Below, piece after piece: positions 44,454-54,297 of a DNA stretch of 64,000 nt (positions are counted from its first letter, which is position 1; each line of letters begins with the position of its first letter). The notes under the pieces are model-generated. The model saw only the letters and a list, made by a program, of their open reading frames with translations, did not search any database and was not told where the DNA came from. Where the stretch lies: IMG/VR virus record IMGVR_UViG_3300025909_000005; one strand, 5' to 3'. The stretch comes from a virus. Lineage: Duplodnaviria > Caudoviricetes. The position numbers and the translations under genes were made by a program.

Positions 44454-46472
44454 ATGAGCAAAACCATCGAACAGAAGTTCAAGAAGCTGTCGGAAGTCGA
44501 GCACGTTCTCGCACGTCCCGGCCGCTACATCGGCTCCATCGCGGCTCACACCGCCGTCGAATGGGTTCCGGTCCTCGACAACCCAAAGAAGATGCAGAAG
44601 AAGGAGGTCACGTACTCTCCTGGCTTCCTGAAGATCTTCGACGAAGTCATCACGAACTCGGCCGACCACTCGCGTACGGCCGAGGGCAAGCACCTCGACA
44701 TCATCCGCGTCGAAGTCGACCAAGCCAAGGGCGAAATCTCCGTGTACGACAACGGCGGTATCCCCGTCGTCAAGCACTCCGAGTACGGCCAGTGGGTTCC
44801 GGAAATGATCTTCGAACTCCGCGCGGGTTCGAACTTCAACGACGACGATCAAGCTGACCTCGCCGGCCAGAACGGTGAAGGTGCGGCTCTCACGTGCATC
44901 TTCTCAGAGTACTTCACCGTCGAAACCTGCGACGGCAAGAACCGCTTCAAGATGACCTTCACGGACAACTCGCAGACGCGTCCGGAACCGAAGATCACGG
45001 CAGTCGACTCGAAGGGCTACACGCGCATCACCTACAAGCCGGAGTTCGAACGCCTCGGTATGGAGGAGATCGATGAGGACAACTTCCTCATGCTCTACGC
45101 CCGTACGCTGGAGATCGCAGCTACGAACACGCACCTCAAGGTGTACTTCAACGGCACCCGCATCGTGACGCAGTCGTTCCGCGACTACATCGAGATGTTC
45201 GCCCCGACGCCCGAGTCCGACATCATCTTCGACTCCACGCCGTACTTCAAGGTCGGCGTGATGGAGTCGCAGGAAGGCTTCCAACACACCTCGTTCGTGA
45301 GCTGCACGCACACGAAGGTCGGTGGTACCCACGTCACGTATGTCGTCAACCAGATCGTCGACAGCGTTCGCGAGTACATCAAGAAGAAGCACAAGCTGGA
45401 GATCAAGCCGGCCGATGTCCGCAACCACATGCACCTCTTCATCGACTGCCGCATCATCAACCCGCGGTACTCGAGCCAGACGAAGGACGACCTCATCACC
45501 GAGGTCTCCGCGTACAGCGGCAAGGGCAGCATCAACGGCGGCGCCAAGCCGGAGCCGCGCACGTGGACCGTGCCTGACAAGTTCATCGCGAAGCTGCTGA
45601 AGACCAGCATCGTCCAGTCTATCCTCGACTGGGTGAAGGCGAAGGAAGAAGCTGAGCTGGCCAAGGAACTGCGCAAGGCCGGCAAGGAGCAGAAGGCGTA
45701 CGATCCCCGCAAGGTCGACAAGTTCAGCGACGCGATGGAGCGCATTCAGCGTCACAAGTGCGTGCTCTTCATTGCTGAGGGTGACAGCGCGTCCAAGTCC
45801 ATCCAAGGCGGTCGCGGCAAGAACCCGTACATCGGCTCGTTCCCGCTGAAGGGCAAGCCGCTCAACGTACGTGAGAAGGAAATCGCTCGCATCCTCGGTC
45901 TCGATCGCAAGAAGGAGATGGAGGCCAAGGGCAAGAAGGCCGAGCCCAACGAAATCCAAAAGCTGCTCACGATCATCGGTCTCGAAATCGGCCGGCCGGT
46001 CAAGTCCCTCGCAGAGCTCCGCTTCGGCAAGCTGGCGATCACGACCGACGCCGACGTCGACGGTTTCCACATCAGCGGCCTCCTCATCAACCTCATCCAC
46101 CACTTCTGGCCGGAGCTGATGAAGATGGGCTTCGTCCACATCTTCCGGACGCCGATCGTGGTCGTCACGCTGAAGGACAAGTCCAAGCTCGAGTTCTTCA
46201 CCGAGAAGGAGTTCCACGAGTGGGAGGAGAAGTCCGGCAAGAAGCTGAACGGCTGGACGAAGGCCTACTACAAGGGTCTGGCGAAGTGGGACACGGACGA
46301 GTTCGCTGAGTTCCTCAGCAACACGGACAAGTACCTCTTCAAGGTCACCATGGAAAACGCGGAAGACGACGACGCCATCGACCTCGCGTTCAACGGCCAG
46401 CGTGCCGACGACCGCAAGGAGTGGCTCGAAACGCCGGCCGACAACTTCGACGACTTCATCGTGGAGGCCTGA
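44454..46472 (+). CDS. Type IIA DNA topoisomerase, ATPase/TOPRIM subunit (T4 gp39+gp60-like, unsplit)
   Basis: EHVLARPGRYIGS, FDEVITNSAD, GQNGEGA, LFIAEGDSA, PLKGK, TDADVDG, YYKGL. Confidence 0.95.
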   Translation: MSKTIEQKFKKLSEVEHVLARPGRYIGSIAAHTAVEWVPVLDNPKKMQKKEVTYSPGFLKIFDEVITNSADHSRTAEGKHLDIIRVEVDQAKGEISVYDNGGIPVVKHSEYGQWVPEMIFELRAGSNFNDDDQADLAGQNGEGAALTCIFSEYFTVETCDGKNRFKMTFTDNSQTRPEPKITAVDSKGYTRITYKPEFERLGMEEIDEDNFLMLYARTLEIAATNTHLKVYFNGTRIVTQSFRDYIEMFAPTPESDIIFDSTPYFKVGVMESQEGFQHTSFVSCTHTKVGGTHVTYVVNQIVDSVREYIKKKHKLEIKPADVRNHMHLFIDCRIINPRYSSQTKDDLITEVSAYSGKGSINGGAKPEPRTWTVPDKFIAKLLKTSIVQSILDWVKAKEEAELAKELRKAGKEQKAYDPRKVDKFSDAMERIQRHKCVLFIAEGDSASKSIQGGRGKNPYIGSFPLKGKPLNVREKEIARILGLDRKKEMEAKGKKAEPNEIQKLLTIIGLEIGRPVKSLAELRFGKLAITTDADVDGFHISGLLINLIHHFWPELMKMGFVHIFRTPIVVVTLKDKSKLEFFTEKEFHEWEEKSGKKLNGWTKAYYKGLAKWDTDEFAEFLSNTDKYLFKVTMENAEDDDAIDLAFNGQRADDRKEWLETPADNFDDFIVEA

Positions 46473-46759
46473 TGCCTACGAAATGGTATGATGGACACTC
46501 GTACCCGACCACCGTGTCGGACTTGCCAAAGGACGGGCCGTTCAACGCGGCTCTGTACGAGGAGTGGTACTCAAATGACGATGGCTACGGGGGTCAATCC
46601 ACGGGCTATGCGCTGAAGCTGATCGTCTTCGAAACGCCGAAGGCGATGGAGGACTGGGCCCTTCAGCAGGTCAAGTCCGACAGCCGCAAGAAGTTCCAGC
46701 TGGTTCGCATCAACCCAATTCACCTCGAGGTGAAGACGGTACTGACGATCAAGGAGTGA
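46472..46759 (+). CDS. Hypothetical protein
   Basis: TGATG coupling. Confidence 0.65.
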   Translation: MPTKWYDGHSYPTTVSDLPKDGPFNAALYEEWYSNDDGYGGQSTGYALKLIVFETPKAMEDWALQQVKSDSRKKFQLVRINPIHLEVKTVLTIKE

Positions 46760-46760
46760 G

Positions 46761-46958
46761 ATGAGCAAGCCACCGAAGCACCTCACGTGGCGCAACGTCG
46801 TCGACGCCGACAAGCAGTACTGCGGCCATCCCGACACAGCAGCCTACAAGGCATTTCACCTGGGATACCAGTACTTCGTGTGGGATGGTGACGTCTACAA
46901 GGTGGACGAAAACGCCGAAGCAGTTCCGACGGACTGGACCGTCGGTGACGTCAGTTAG
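46761..46958 (+). CDS. Hypothetical protein
   Basis: SD aggag. Confidence 0.6.
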   Translation: MSKPPKHLTWRNVVDADKQYCGHPDTAAYKAFHLGYQYFVWDGDVYKVDENAEAVPTDWTVGDVS

Positions 46959-47706
46959 CCAGCTTCTTGATCTTGCCGTTCTTCGAGTCGTCGACTGGCC
47001 AAGCGTAGATGTACGAGCCAGCGAAGTCCTTGACGAGCATGAACTCGGTGCCGAACGCCACGTAGTGGTGAATCTGCGCCTTGTAACCAGGCATGACATT
47101 GTCGAAGTCGATGTGGCCTGGACCCATGTCTTCACCGAACTTCTTCAGGTAGGCGGCCACGGCCTGCACTTCCTTCTCTGAGTTCGGCTTGCCCTGGCCA
47201 CCGAGGTTACCGATCATGGTGATCTGGTCGGTCTTCGTCTGCGTCAACGCGCCGAAGAGGGCCTTGCCGAGCTGACGAATCGCAGCAGCTGCGTTGCCAG
47301 GAAGGTTCGCGACGTGGTGCCAACGAACAGAAATCTGGCCAGCCTTCTCAAGAGCCGTCTCAAGGTGAGCAGGCAGCTTCGAAGCAGGAACGTGGACGAC
47401 GATGTCGGAGTGCTCAGTGTCGTCGAGCCCGACGGTTGGCATGTTCTTGTGGAGATTTGCGAAGTGCTTCGCTGCATCAGGGTGGACGTGAATACCGCTG
47501 GTGGCATCGTCGGTCTCAGCCTTTGATACTCCCTTTGGAGAGCCGTGCTTTGGCTTCTCAGCGTCATCTGACTTGTCATCGTCCTTCTTTGCGAGTGGCT
47601 TGTCATCGGTCTTGAAGAAGGAATCTTGGTCGAGTCCGGTCTTGTTCTTGGTTTTTGTCTTGGTCGACTTTTCGTCGTCGGCTTCGTACAGGTCGGTGAG
47701 ACGCAT
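46951..47706 (-). CDS. Late protein with MRLTDLYE N-terminus (candidate capsid-internal protein)
   Basis: TAAATA on the minus strand at 47732-47737; charged low-complexity N-terminal region. Confidence 0.75.
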   Translation of the reverse strand: MRLTDLYEADDEKSTKTKTKNKTGLDQDSFFKTDDKPLAKKDDDKSDDAEKPKHGSPKGVSKAETDDATSGIHVHPDAAKHFANLHKNMPTVGLDDTEHSDIVVHVPASKLPAHLETALEKAGQISVRWHHVANLPGNAAAAIRQLGKALFGALTQTKTDQITMIGNLGGQGKPNSEKEVQAVAAYLKKFGEDMGPGHIDFDNVMPGYKAQIHHYVAFGTEFMLVKDFAGSYIYAWPVDDSKNGKIKKLAN

Positions 47707-47756
47707 AGATATGTCCTTGCTGGAGATCGTCTATTTACGGGCTCTCAGCATCACAG

Positions 47757-47785
47757 TGTACTTCCCCGAACAACTGACTTATAAT
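47757..47785 (+). promoter_or_regulatory. Early promoter
   Basis: TGTACT-17-TATAAT. Confidence 0.75.
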
Positions 47786-47791
47786 CGTTCT

Positions 47792-49177
47792 ATGGTAAAG
47801 CAAACCACCTCCGAATACAACGCGAACACGCGTCGTTCGATTCGAGTGAAGCACTTCATGGGTTCTGCCATGAAGTCGTTCTCGCTCTACGACAACGTGC
47901 GTTCGATTCCTGCCATTGACGGCCTCAAGCCGTCCCAGCGCAAGGCCCTCTACGGCACGCTGCAACGCGGCGAAAATGCACCGCTCCTCCAAGTCGAACG
48001 TCTCTCGGCCCACATCGCGGCCGTCACCGACTACCACCACGGCACCGGCTCCATGAGCTCGACGATCGCCGGCATGGGAGCCTACAAGTACGCTGGCTCC
48101 AACAACATGTGCCTCTTCAAGTCGAAGGGCCAGTTCGGTTCTCGTCTCACTCCTGACCCGGGCGCCGGCCGTTACATCGAAGCCCGCCTCGCTCCCGAGT
48201 TCCGTCAACTCATGCGGAAGGAAGACGACGCGATTCTCGACTACAACTTCTCCGACGGCGACCAGATCGAGCCGAAGCTGTACCTCCCCATCCTCCCGCT
48301 CATGCTCATCAACGGCAGCTCGGGTACCGGTACCGGCCACGCCAGCGAGATCAAGTCCTACCATCCCGAGCAAATCCGCGACGCGGTCGTGAAGCTGCTC
48401 GAGGGCAAGAAGCTCAAGCCGGGCACTCTCGTCCCGTGGTTCCGTGCACTCGGCGGCTACAAGGGAACCGTCGAACGCAACGCCGAGACCGGCCAGGTCG
48501 TCATGACGGGCAAGCTGCAGGTCGTCAACTCCACGACGATTCGAATTACCGAGCTGCCGGTCGGCATCTTCCTCGACCAGTACAAGGCCCACCTCGAGAA
48601 GCTGGAGGAACAGGACATCGTTTCGGACTGGGAGGACGCCTCCACCGAAGAGAGCTTCGACTTCACCGTGAAGGTGCCGCGCTCGACGACGGCCCAGTCC
48701 ATGGACTGGATCATGACGAAGTTCAAGATGATCACGCGCGACACGGAGAACTTCACCATTTGGAACAAGGAAGGACGTCTCCAGCGGTTCGAGTCCGCCG
48801 AAGCGGTGATCGAGGAGTTCGTGGCATGGCGCCTCGGCTTCTACGAAATCCGTCGGCAGAAGATGATCACCGACACGAAGGAAGCCATCCGCTTCCAGTC
48901 CGAGGTGGTTCGCTTCATCAAGTTCTACCTCGCCAACACGAAGGTGTTCAGCGGTACGGGCAAGAAGGAGCTCATCGAGCTGATGCAGAAGAACGGCTTC
49001 GACGACTACGATCGTCTGCTCGGCATGGCGATCTGGAACCTGACGAAGGACAAGATCGACGAGCTCGAGAAGAAGCTGACCGATCTGAAGGCGTACCTCA
49101 AGACGCTCGAATCCGACACCGCCGACGCCATGTACAAGCGTGAGCTGAAGGCATTCAAGTACGAGGAAACGGTATGA
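47792..49177 (+). CDS. Type IIA DNA topoisomerase, breakage-reunion subunit (T4 gp52-like)
   Basis: RSIPAIDGLKPSQRK, YHHG..S, GQFGSR, catalytic GAGRYI, LINGSSGTGTG, ITELP. Confidence 0.95.
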   Translation: MVKQTTSEYNANTRRSIRVKHFMGSAMKSFSLYDNVRSIPAIDGLKPSQRKALYGTLQRGENAPLLQVERLSAHIAAVTDYHHGTGSMSSTIAGMGAYKYAGSNNMCLFKSKGQFGSRLTPDPGAGRYIEARLAPEFRQLMRKEDDAILDYNFSDGDQIEPKLYLPILPLMLINGSSGTGTGHASEIKSYHPEQIRDAVVKLLEGKKLKPGTLVPWFRALGGYKGTVERNAETGQVVMTGKLQVVNSTTIRITELPVGIFLDQYKAHLEKLEEQDIVSDWEDASTEESFDFTVKVPRSTTAQSMDWIMTKFKMITRDTENFTIWNKEGRLQRFESAEAVIEEFVAWRLGFYEIRRQKMITDTKEAIRFQSEVVRFIKFYLANTKVFSGTGKKELIELMQKNGFDDYDRLLGMAIWNLTKDKIDELEKKLTDLKAYLKTLESDTADAMYKRELKAFKYEETV

Positions 49178-49629
49178 AGCAATCCAAGCTGGGCAAGGCC
49201 CTCCAGACCCTCATGGCCTACGTGACGGTCCCGCTCCTCCTGCTGGGGTACTACTACACAGGCAACGACGGCTTCCGCTACCTCTACGGCGTGCTGACGA
49301 CGCTGCTCTTCCTCTTCTGGATCGCCACGGGTGTCGCCCTGTTCTGGGTCAGGGTCGAGACCGGCGATGAGGACTTCCTCGAAGGAATGCAGGAGGCGTT
49401 CGCGAAGTCCGAGACAGAAGGTGACAAGAGCTACCGGAAGCTGGCCTACCCTGGCCCGTACCAGTACTTCATGCGCTTTCTGTCAGTCGTGTACATCGTC
49501 GCCACGTTCTACCTCGGCATGTACATCATCGGCACCATGTACCTGCTCGCCACGTTGATTGCACTTGGGGTGGCAAGCGTCATCGGAAAACGTGCTGCTC
49601 GGTACTTCGAGGCCGCCGAGAAACCGTAA
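49174..49629 (+). CDS. Hypothetical multi-TM membrane protein
   Basis: About 4 hydrophobic segments. Confidence 0.7.
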   Translation: MKQSKLGKALQTLMAYVTVPLLLLGYYYTGNDGFRYLYGVLTTLLFLFWIATGVALFWVRVETGDEDFLEGMQEAFAKSETEGDKSYRKLAYPGPYQYFMRFLSVVYIVATFYLGMYIIGTMYLLATLIALGVASVIGKRAARYFEAAEKP

Positions 49630-49656
49630 ATACATCTCAACACCCACAAGGCCAAG

Positions 49657-49911
49657 ATGTCTACGACCGGTTTTACCAACGAACGAAACCCCACGCCTGC
49701 AACTCTCACAGAAGATGAGGAGCACGTCCGTCAAGAGCTGGCTACACTGAGCCAACAAATTCACGGCATTCGAAACGAGCTCCACGTCCTGGAGCTACGT
49801 CGCGCAGTCCTTCGAAACGACTGCGATCACCGCGTTTTCAACGATACTGAGGGCTTCCCCTACGACATGCGTCACTGCGTGGTCTGTGGCTCCTCCCTCG
49901 GACAGGTCTGA
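49657..49911 (+). CDS. Small coiled-coil/Zn-finger protein
   Basis: CDH...CVVCG; TAAATA at 49627-49632. Confidence 0.65.
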   Translation: MSTTGFTNERNPTPATLTEDEEHVRQELATLSQQIHGIRNELHVLELRRAVLRNDCDHRVFNDTEGFPYDMRHCVVCGSSLGQV

Positions 49912-49914
49912 ACC

Positions 49915-50388
49915 ATGAAGAACACCAGCATCGAAGAGCTTCTCCCTCGAGTCCGCCGTGAGGTGCTGGAACTACGTGCCTCCTACTGGGACCCTCACTT
50001 TCAGCAGGGAATCAAGGAGGGACTCTCAGGTTTCGGCCTGAGCTTCATCACCAAGCGGATCGCACGCGACACAAGCGAGCGCCACTTCCGCTACAACAAG
50101 TACACTGAGGACGGTCGCCGACAGTACAACCAATCTCAGTATACGTCAGGCAGTCACAAGGCCCTCCGCGGCCACGTGCAAAAGTGCCTGTCAATCCTTG
50201 CGCGCGAAGGCGTCATGTATGGCCGGAACCATGCAGAAGGCGGCGTCCCGCGATACGCGCACGGCGAAACGGATAAGCGATTCCGAATCCGTATCACTCA
50301 GCAGCAAGCAATCGCGCGGCTTGCCAAGATGAAAGATCCGCTCCATGACGGACTTCGAAACACTCGGGCTGGTAGGAACGCCCACTGA
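49915..50388 (+). CDS. Hypothetical basic protein
   Basis: 157-aa ORF. Confidence 0.55.
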   Translation: MKNTSIEELLPRVRREVLELRASYWDPHFQQGIKEGLSGFGLSFITKRIARDTSERHFRYNKYTEDGRRQYNQSQYTSGSHKALRGHVQKCLSILAREGVMYGRNHAEGGVPRYAHGETDKRFRIRITQQQAIARLAKMKDPLHDGLRNTRAGRNAH

Positions 50389-51310
50389 GAAAGAGATCAC
50401 TCGAGCTTACCGCAAGCTCGCAATGAAGCACCACCCCGACCGTGGGGGCGACGCCGAAAAGTTCAAGGCTCTCAGTGTGGCCTACGAAGCAGTGAAGAAC
50501 CGCGGGTGGAGGGATTCACCCAAGCCGGCACCTTCCTCCTTCGGTCGACCACCACCGCGCCCAAGCCACAGTCGCCAGCAACAGTGGACGAAGCCTGAGC
50601 CACCAGCTGGAACATGGCGTGATCCTAACGCCAAGCCGTGGAACCAGCACTCAAAGCCGGGCTACGCCGAGCCGAGTGGCTACGCGGGCTCAGAGACGAT
50701 GGACGACATCCTTCAGCAGATGAAGACGGCCAATCGTCGCGCTAACTTCCGTGCCAATCCTCCAGCTCCACCTGAACCCGTACGCGATGGCAACGGCCAT
50801 GAGGTCGTGTATGTGCCCATTCGAGAGGCCCACAGGGGCTGTAGCATGGTCGTTCGTGGTGCCAAGACGGTCACTCTCCCCGCCGGGGTTCCTGATGGTT
50901 ACCGACTCAACGCGAATGGAAGCACCTTTGTCATTCGTCTGGACCCAGGTGAGAACTTCCACGTGAAGGGACTCGGTGACGGCAACACGATCTTCACGGC
51001 TGGCATTTCAGCTGGTGACATGGAACTGGACCTCGAGGTCGATGCCATTGACCTCATCACTGGTGCCTGGATCAAGGTGAAGGACTTCCTAGGTGAGGAG
51101 CTTGGCGTTCGCATTCCACCTGGTCACGACCCACTGATGCGCCTGAAGGTGGCGAACAAGGGCTACAACGGTTGGATGCCAGAGGAGAAGCGGCCTGGCA
51201 ACTACCGCAAGGACCTCTACATCAAAGTCAAACCTATCTTCAAAGCTCCAGCAAACATTGAGCGTGATAAAATCATAAAGCTATACAACACCATACAAGG
51301 CATCCTATGA
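50345..51310 (+). CDS. DnaJ/CbpA-like co-chaperone
   Basis: J-domain AYRKLAMKHHPDRGGDAEKFK; C-terminal DnaJ-like beta domains; no Zn finger. Confidence 0.85.
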   Translation: MTDFETLGLVGTPTEKEITRAYRKLAMKHHPDRGGDAEKFKALSVAYEAVKNRGWRDSPKPAPSSFGRPPPRPSHSRQQQWTKPEPPAGTWRDPNAKPWNQHSKPGYAEPSGYAGSETMDDILQQMKTANRRANFRANPPAPPEPVRDGNGHEVVYVPIREAHRGCSMVVRGAKTVTLPAGVPDGYRLNANGSTFVIRLDPGENFHVKGLGDGNTIFTAGISAGDMELDLEVDAIDLITGAWIKVKDFLGEELGVRIPPGHDPLMRLKVANKGYNGWMPEEKRPGNYRKDLYIKVKPIFKAPANIERDKIIKLYNTIQGIL

Positions 51311-51612
51311 AGACCCGGTCCATGCATGCAGACAAGTTCACCAGCATCCTCGTGAACTGTCTGTTCGCTGCTCTCTTTCAGCTGTTGTGGGGTCTCTTCA
51401 CAACGCTCACGCCAGGCGAGTCAGGCATCATCTTCCTGATCTTCTATGCCTGCTTCACGGCCATGGACTACGTGCGCGAGCTCAACGCGAAGCTCACGCT
51501 CAGCAACAACCTCAGTGCCCGCATTCTCGAGACTCTTGGCGACGTAGACTTCGTTGAGGAAGAGTTCGAGGAAGCAGGTGTAGAACGCGGTGAAGACGAC
51601 CTGGTGCTGTGA
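51307..51612 (+). CDS. Small membrane protein
   Basis: 2 TM helices, acidic tail. Confidence 0.65.
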   Translation: MKTRSMHADKFTSILVNCLFAALFQLLWGLFTTLTPGESGIIFLIFYACFTAMDYVRELNAKLTLSNNLSARILETLGDVDFVEEEFEEAGVERGEDDLVL

Positions 51613-52193
51613 TGCTCGAGCTCCACGTGCCCGAGTACCAAGGCCTGCTGAAGGTCATCTCAGGTGGACAGGACGGAGCTGATGAGGGTGGTCTGATCGG
51701 TGCAAAGCTCATGGGCCTGCCAACTGGTGGTACCGCCCCGAAGAACTTTCGCACCGACCGGGGTCCGCGACCAGACCAAGCAGAGCGCTATGGACTTGTC
51801 GAACACACGTCCTATGCGTACCCTCCGAGGACACTGGTGAATGTCCGTGACAGTGATGGTACCCTCATCATTGCCTGCAACCCGAACTCACCAGGCTGCG
51901 CCCTCACGCAGAAGTACTGCAAGGAGAACGGCAAGCCCTTCAAGATTCTCAAGGCGGACCGTGACCGCAGCTGGGCTGAGGAAGATCTGTGGATGATGAA
52001 GTCCATTGAGGAAGCTGCCGAGTGGCTGAAAGAACACAACATCCGCGTCCTCAACGTTGCTGGCAACCGTGACAAGCTCGGTCCGCGTGACCGCTTCCAC
52101 GAAGTCACAGCAAAGTACATCGTGTCCTTCCTGATTGCAGAGGTCAATGACCTTCCACTGCCGAGCATGGAAGCGCTCAACGAGTTACAATAG
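51609..52193 (+). CDS. SLOG-superfamily protein (putative molybdenum-carrier-like family)
   Basis: KVISGGQDGADEGGL, GGTAP, YPPRTLVNVRDSDGTL, VLNVAGNR. Confidence 0.8.
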   Translation: MMLELHVPEYQGLLKVISGGQDGADEGGLIGAKLMGLPTGGTAPKNFRTDRGPRPDQAERYGLVEHTSYAYPPRTLVNVRDSDGTLIIACNPNSPGCALTQKYCKENGKPFKILKADRDRSWAEEDLWMMKSIEEAAEWLKEHNIRVLNVAGNRDKLGPRDRFHEVTAKYIVSFLIAEVNDLPLPSMEALNELQ

Positions 52194-52197
52194 ACAC

Positions 52198-52719
52198 ATG
52201 AAAGAAAAATCGAAGTTCCTCTCATATCTCCTGCGTCACAAGCCGGAGAAGGCCAACCTCGTCCTTGACAAGGAAGGTTGGACAGACGTCGCCACGCTCA
52301 TCAAGAACGCGAAGTTCACTCTTGCCGAACTGCAAGAGATCGTTCGCACTGACGAGAAGGGTCGCTACTCCTTCAGCCCAGACGGCACAAAGATTCGCGC
52401 AAACCAGGGCCACAGCACGAAGTCTGTGCGCATGACCTTCGACCGCGCGGTCCCTCCACCAGTCCTCTATCACGGCACGTCGATTGACAACATTGCTCGC
52501 GTGATGAAGGAGGGGTTGAAGCCAATGAACCGCCATCATGTGCACCTGTCATCCAATCGCGATACCGCGCAGGACGTGGCTGGTCGCCGGAAGGGTGAGA
52601 CGACTGTGCTTGAGATCAATACCGCGGCGATGCTCAAGGACGGCATCCAGTTCTACCGTTCCGAGAACAACGTGTGGCTTGTTGACCACGTTGACCCCAA
52701 GTACTTTGAAAGAAAATAA
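52198..52719 (+). CDS. kptA: RNA 2'-phosphotransferase Tpt1/KptA (NAD-dependent, ART fold)
   Basis: SKFLSYLLRHKP, KEGW, IRANQGHS, LYHGT, MNRHHVHLS, NNVWL. Confidence 0.92.
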   Translation: MKEKSKFLSYLLRHKPEKANLVLDKEGWTDVATLIKNAKFTLAELQEIVRTDEKGRYSFSPDGTKIRANQGHSTKSVRMTFDRAVPPPVLYHGTSIDNIARVMKEGLKPMNRHHVHLSSNRDTAQDVAGRRKGETTVLEINTAAMLKDGIQFYRSENNVWLVDHVDPKYFERK

Positions 52720-52721
52720 GA

Positions 52722-53693
52722 ATGATGATTCGTGAATTCATGGCACCTGTCGTTCCCAAGGTAGTCGACCCCGACTGCCATGAAGAAGGTCCTCGCAACT
52801 GGGAGTTCCAGTACCTTGACCTGATCGGTGACATCCTTATGAATGGTGACGACCGAGTCGATCGCACTGGTGTCGGCACGCGAGCCCTCTTCGGCCGCAC
52901 GCTTGACATTAAGCTCAAGAACGGCTTTCCAATTCCGTGGACAAAGCGCCTGGCCCTCCGTCCCGTCGTGTCTGAACTCCTCTGGTTCCTCGAAGGTTCT
53001 GGTGACGAGCGCCGTCTGGCAGAGATTCTGCACGGTACACGTGACGCAGAGAAGAAGACCATTTGGACCGCGAACGCCCAAGCCGACTACTGGAAGCCGA
53101 AGGCCAAGTTCGATGGTGACCTTGGTCGAGTCTACGGCGTGCAATGGCGCGATTGGCAGACATACACGAAGGATGATCTGAGCAATGAGTGGGTTCCTGC
53201 TATCGCTGTCGATCAGGTCGCAGAGCTCATCAAGAAGCTCAAGACGAATCCTACCGACCGTCGCATGATCATCTCTGCCTGGAACGTCGGTGAAATCGGG
53301 CAGATGGCCCTGCCGCCCTGCCACATGATGGCGCAGTTCTTCGTTGCGAACAACGAGCTCTCCTGTCAGATGTACCAGCGCTCGGTCGACTCGATGCTCG
53401 GCCTGCCCTTCAACATTGCCTCATACGCTCTCCTGACCCACATGCTGGCTCAGGTCTGTGGTCTCGGTGTTGATCGCCTGATCATGAACCTCGGTGACGT
53501 GCACATCTACAGCAATCACTTCATCGGTGCGATGGAGCAGCTCGAACGTGGCTACCAAATCCCCGAGGTCGAACCTACTCCTGTCGTGCTGAAGATGGAC
53601 GACGTGAAGAACCTCGAGGACTTCACGATGGATTCGTTCAACTTCCAGTTCTACGATCCGCTTCCTGCAATCAAAATGGACATGGCTGTATGA
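52722..53693 (+). CDS. thyA: Thymidylate synthase (canonical, dUMP-specific)
   Basis: DRTGVGT, ELLWFLEG, LGRVYGVQWR, RRMIISAWN, ALPPCH, YQRSVDSMLGLPFNIASY, DVHIY. Confidence 0.96.
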   Translation: MMIREFMAPVVPKVVDPDCHEEGPRNWEFQYLDLIGDILMNGDDRVDRTGVGTRALFGRTLDIKLKNGFPIPWTKRLALRPVVSELLWFLEGSGDERRLAEILHGTRDAEKKTIWTANAQADYWKPKAKFDGDLGRVYGVQWRDWQTYTKDDLSNEWVPAIAVDQVAELIKKLKTNPTDRRMIISAWNVGEIGQMALPPCHMMAQFFVANNELSCQMYQRSVDSMLGLPFNIASYALLTHMLAQVCGLGVDRLIMNLGDVHIYSNHFIGAMEQLERGYQIPEVEPTPVVLKMDDVKNLEDFTMDSFNFQFYDPLPAIKMDMAV

Positions 53694-53956
53694 TCTGGAT
53701 TCTGCTCGCCTCGGCCCTCGTTGTCTACCTAGTCTGGGATGAACTCCGACTGGAAAGACAGGACTATGAAAAGGGACAGGCCCATCCTCAGGATGGAGCC
53801 GATGAGTGGGCGAGCGGACACCGATGGAAGATCGTCCCAGAAGAACGGTCAGGCCCACCCGCCCTCTACGATGCCACGACACCGATGACCGATGCAGAGG
53901 TACTTGACATGCTTGAGAAGCACTACGGCGGTACACGAGAACATGGGACAGACTGA
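53690..53956 (+). CDS. Small membrane-anchored protein
   Basis: N-terminal TM. Confidence 0.6.
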   Translation: MIWILLASALVVYLVWDELRLERQDYEKGQAHPQDGADEWASGHRWKIVPEERSGPPALYDATTPMTDAEVLDMLEKHYGGTREHGTD

Positions 53957-54297
53957 TGGGACACTACGCAGCTGAAATGGAAAGCACTCCTGATCCTGAT
54001 TGGAAAGAGAAGGAGGCAGTTCGCAAGGCAAAGGAAGCCAGGAAGTTCATCGTCGCCGATGACTGGACCATCATGAAGGTTGGGGAGTTCGACAAGAAAC
54101 ACTCAACGATCAAGATGAAGTGGGGCACGATGCCAATGAGCCCGTACATCGCACGACATGGCAAGAAGTTGTTCGACACCAAACAGGAAGCCTACGAGTA
54201 CCGCCAAAAGGAACTTGAGCTGACCATCAAGCACTACAAGAAGCACATCAAGCACCTCAAAGAGCTCCATGATCTTCCGCCACCTTCGACCGATTGA
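53956..54297 (+). CDS. Hypothetical protein
   Basis: TGATG coupling. Confidence 0.65.
   Translation: MGHYAAEMESTPDPDWKEKEAVRKAKEARKFIVADDWTIMKVGEFDKKHSTIKMKWGTMPMSPYIARHGKKLFDTKQEAYEYRQKELELTIKHYKKHIKHLKELHDLPPPSTD

Noticed and set aside
44454-53693. Introns or inteins in the topoisomerase genes or thyA (common insertion sites in T4-like phages)
   Set aside because: ORFs are continuous and of expected length, with no homing-endonuclease or intein motifs
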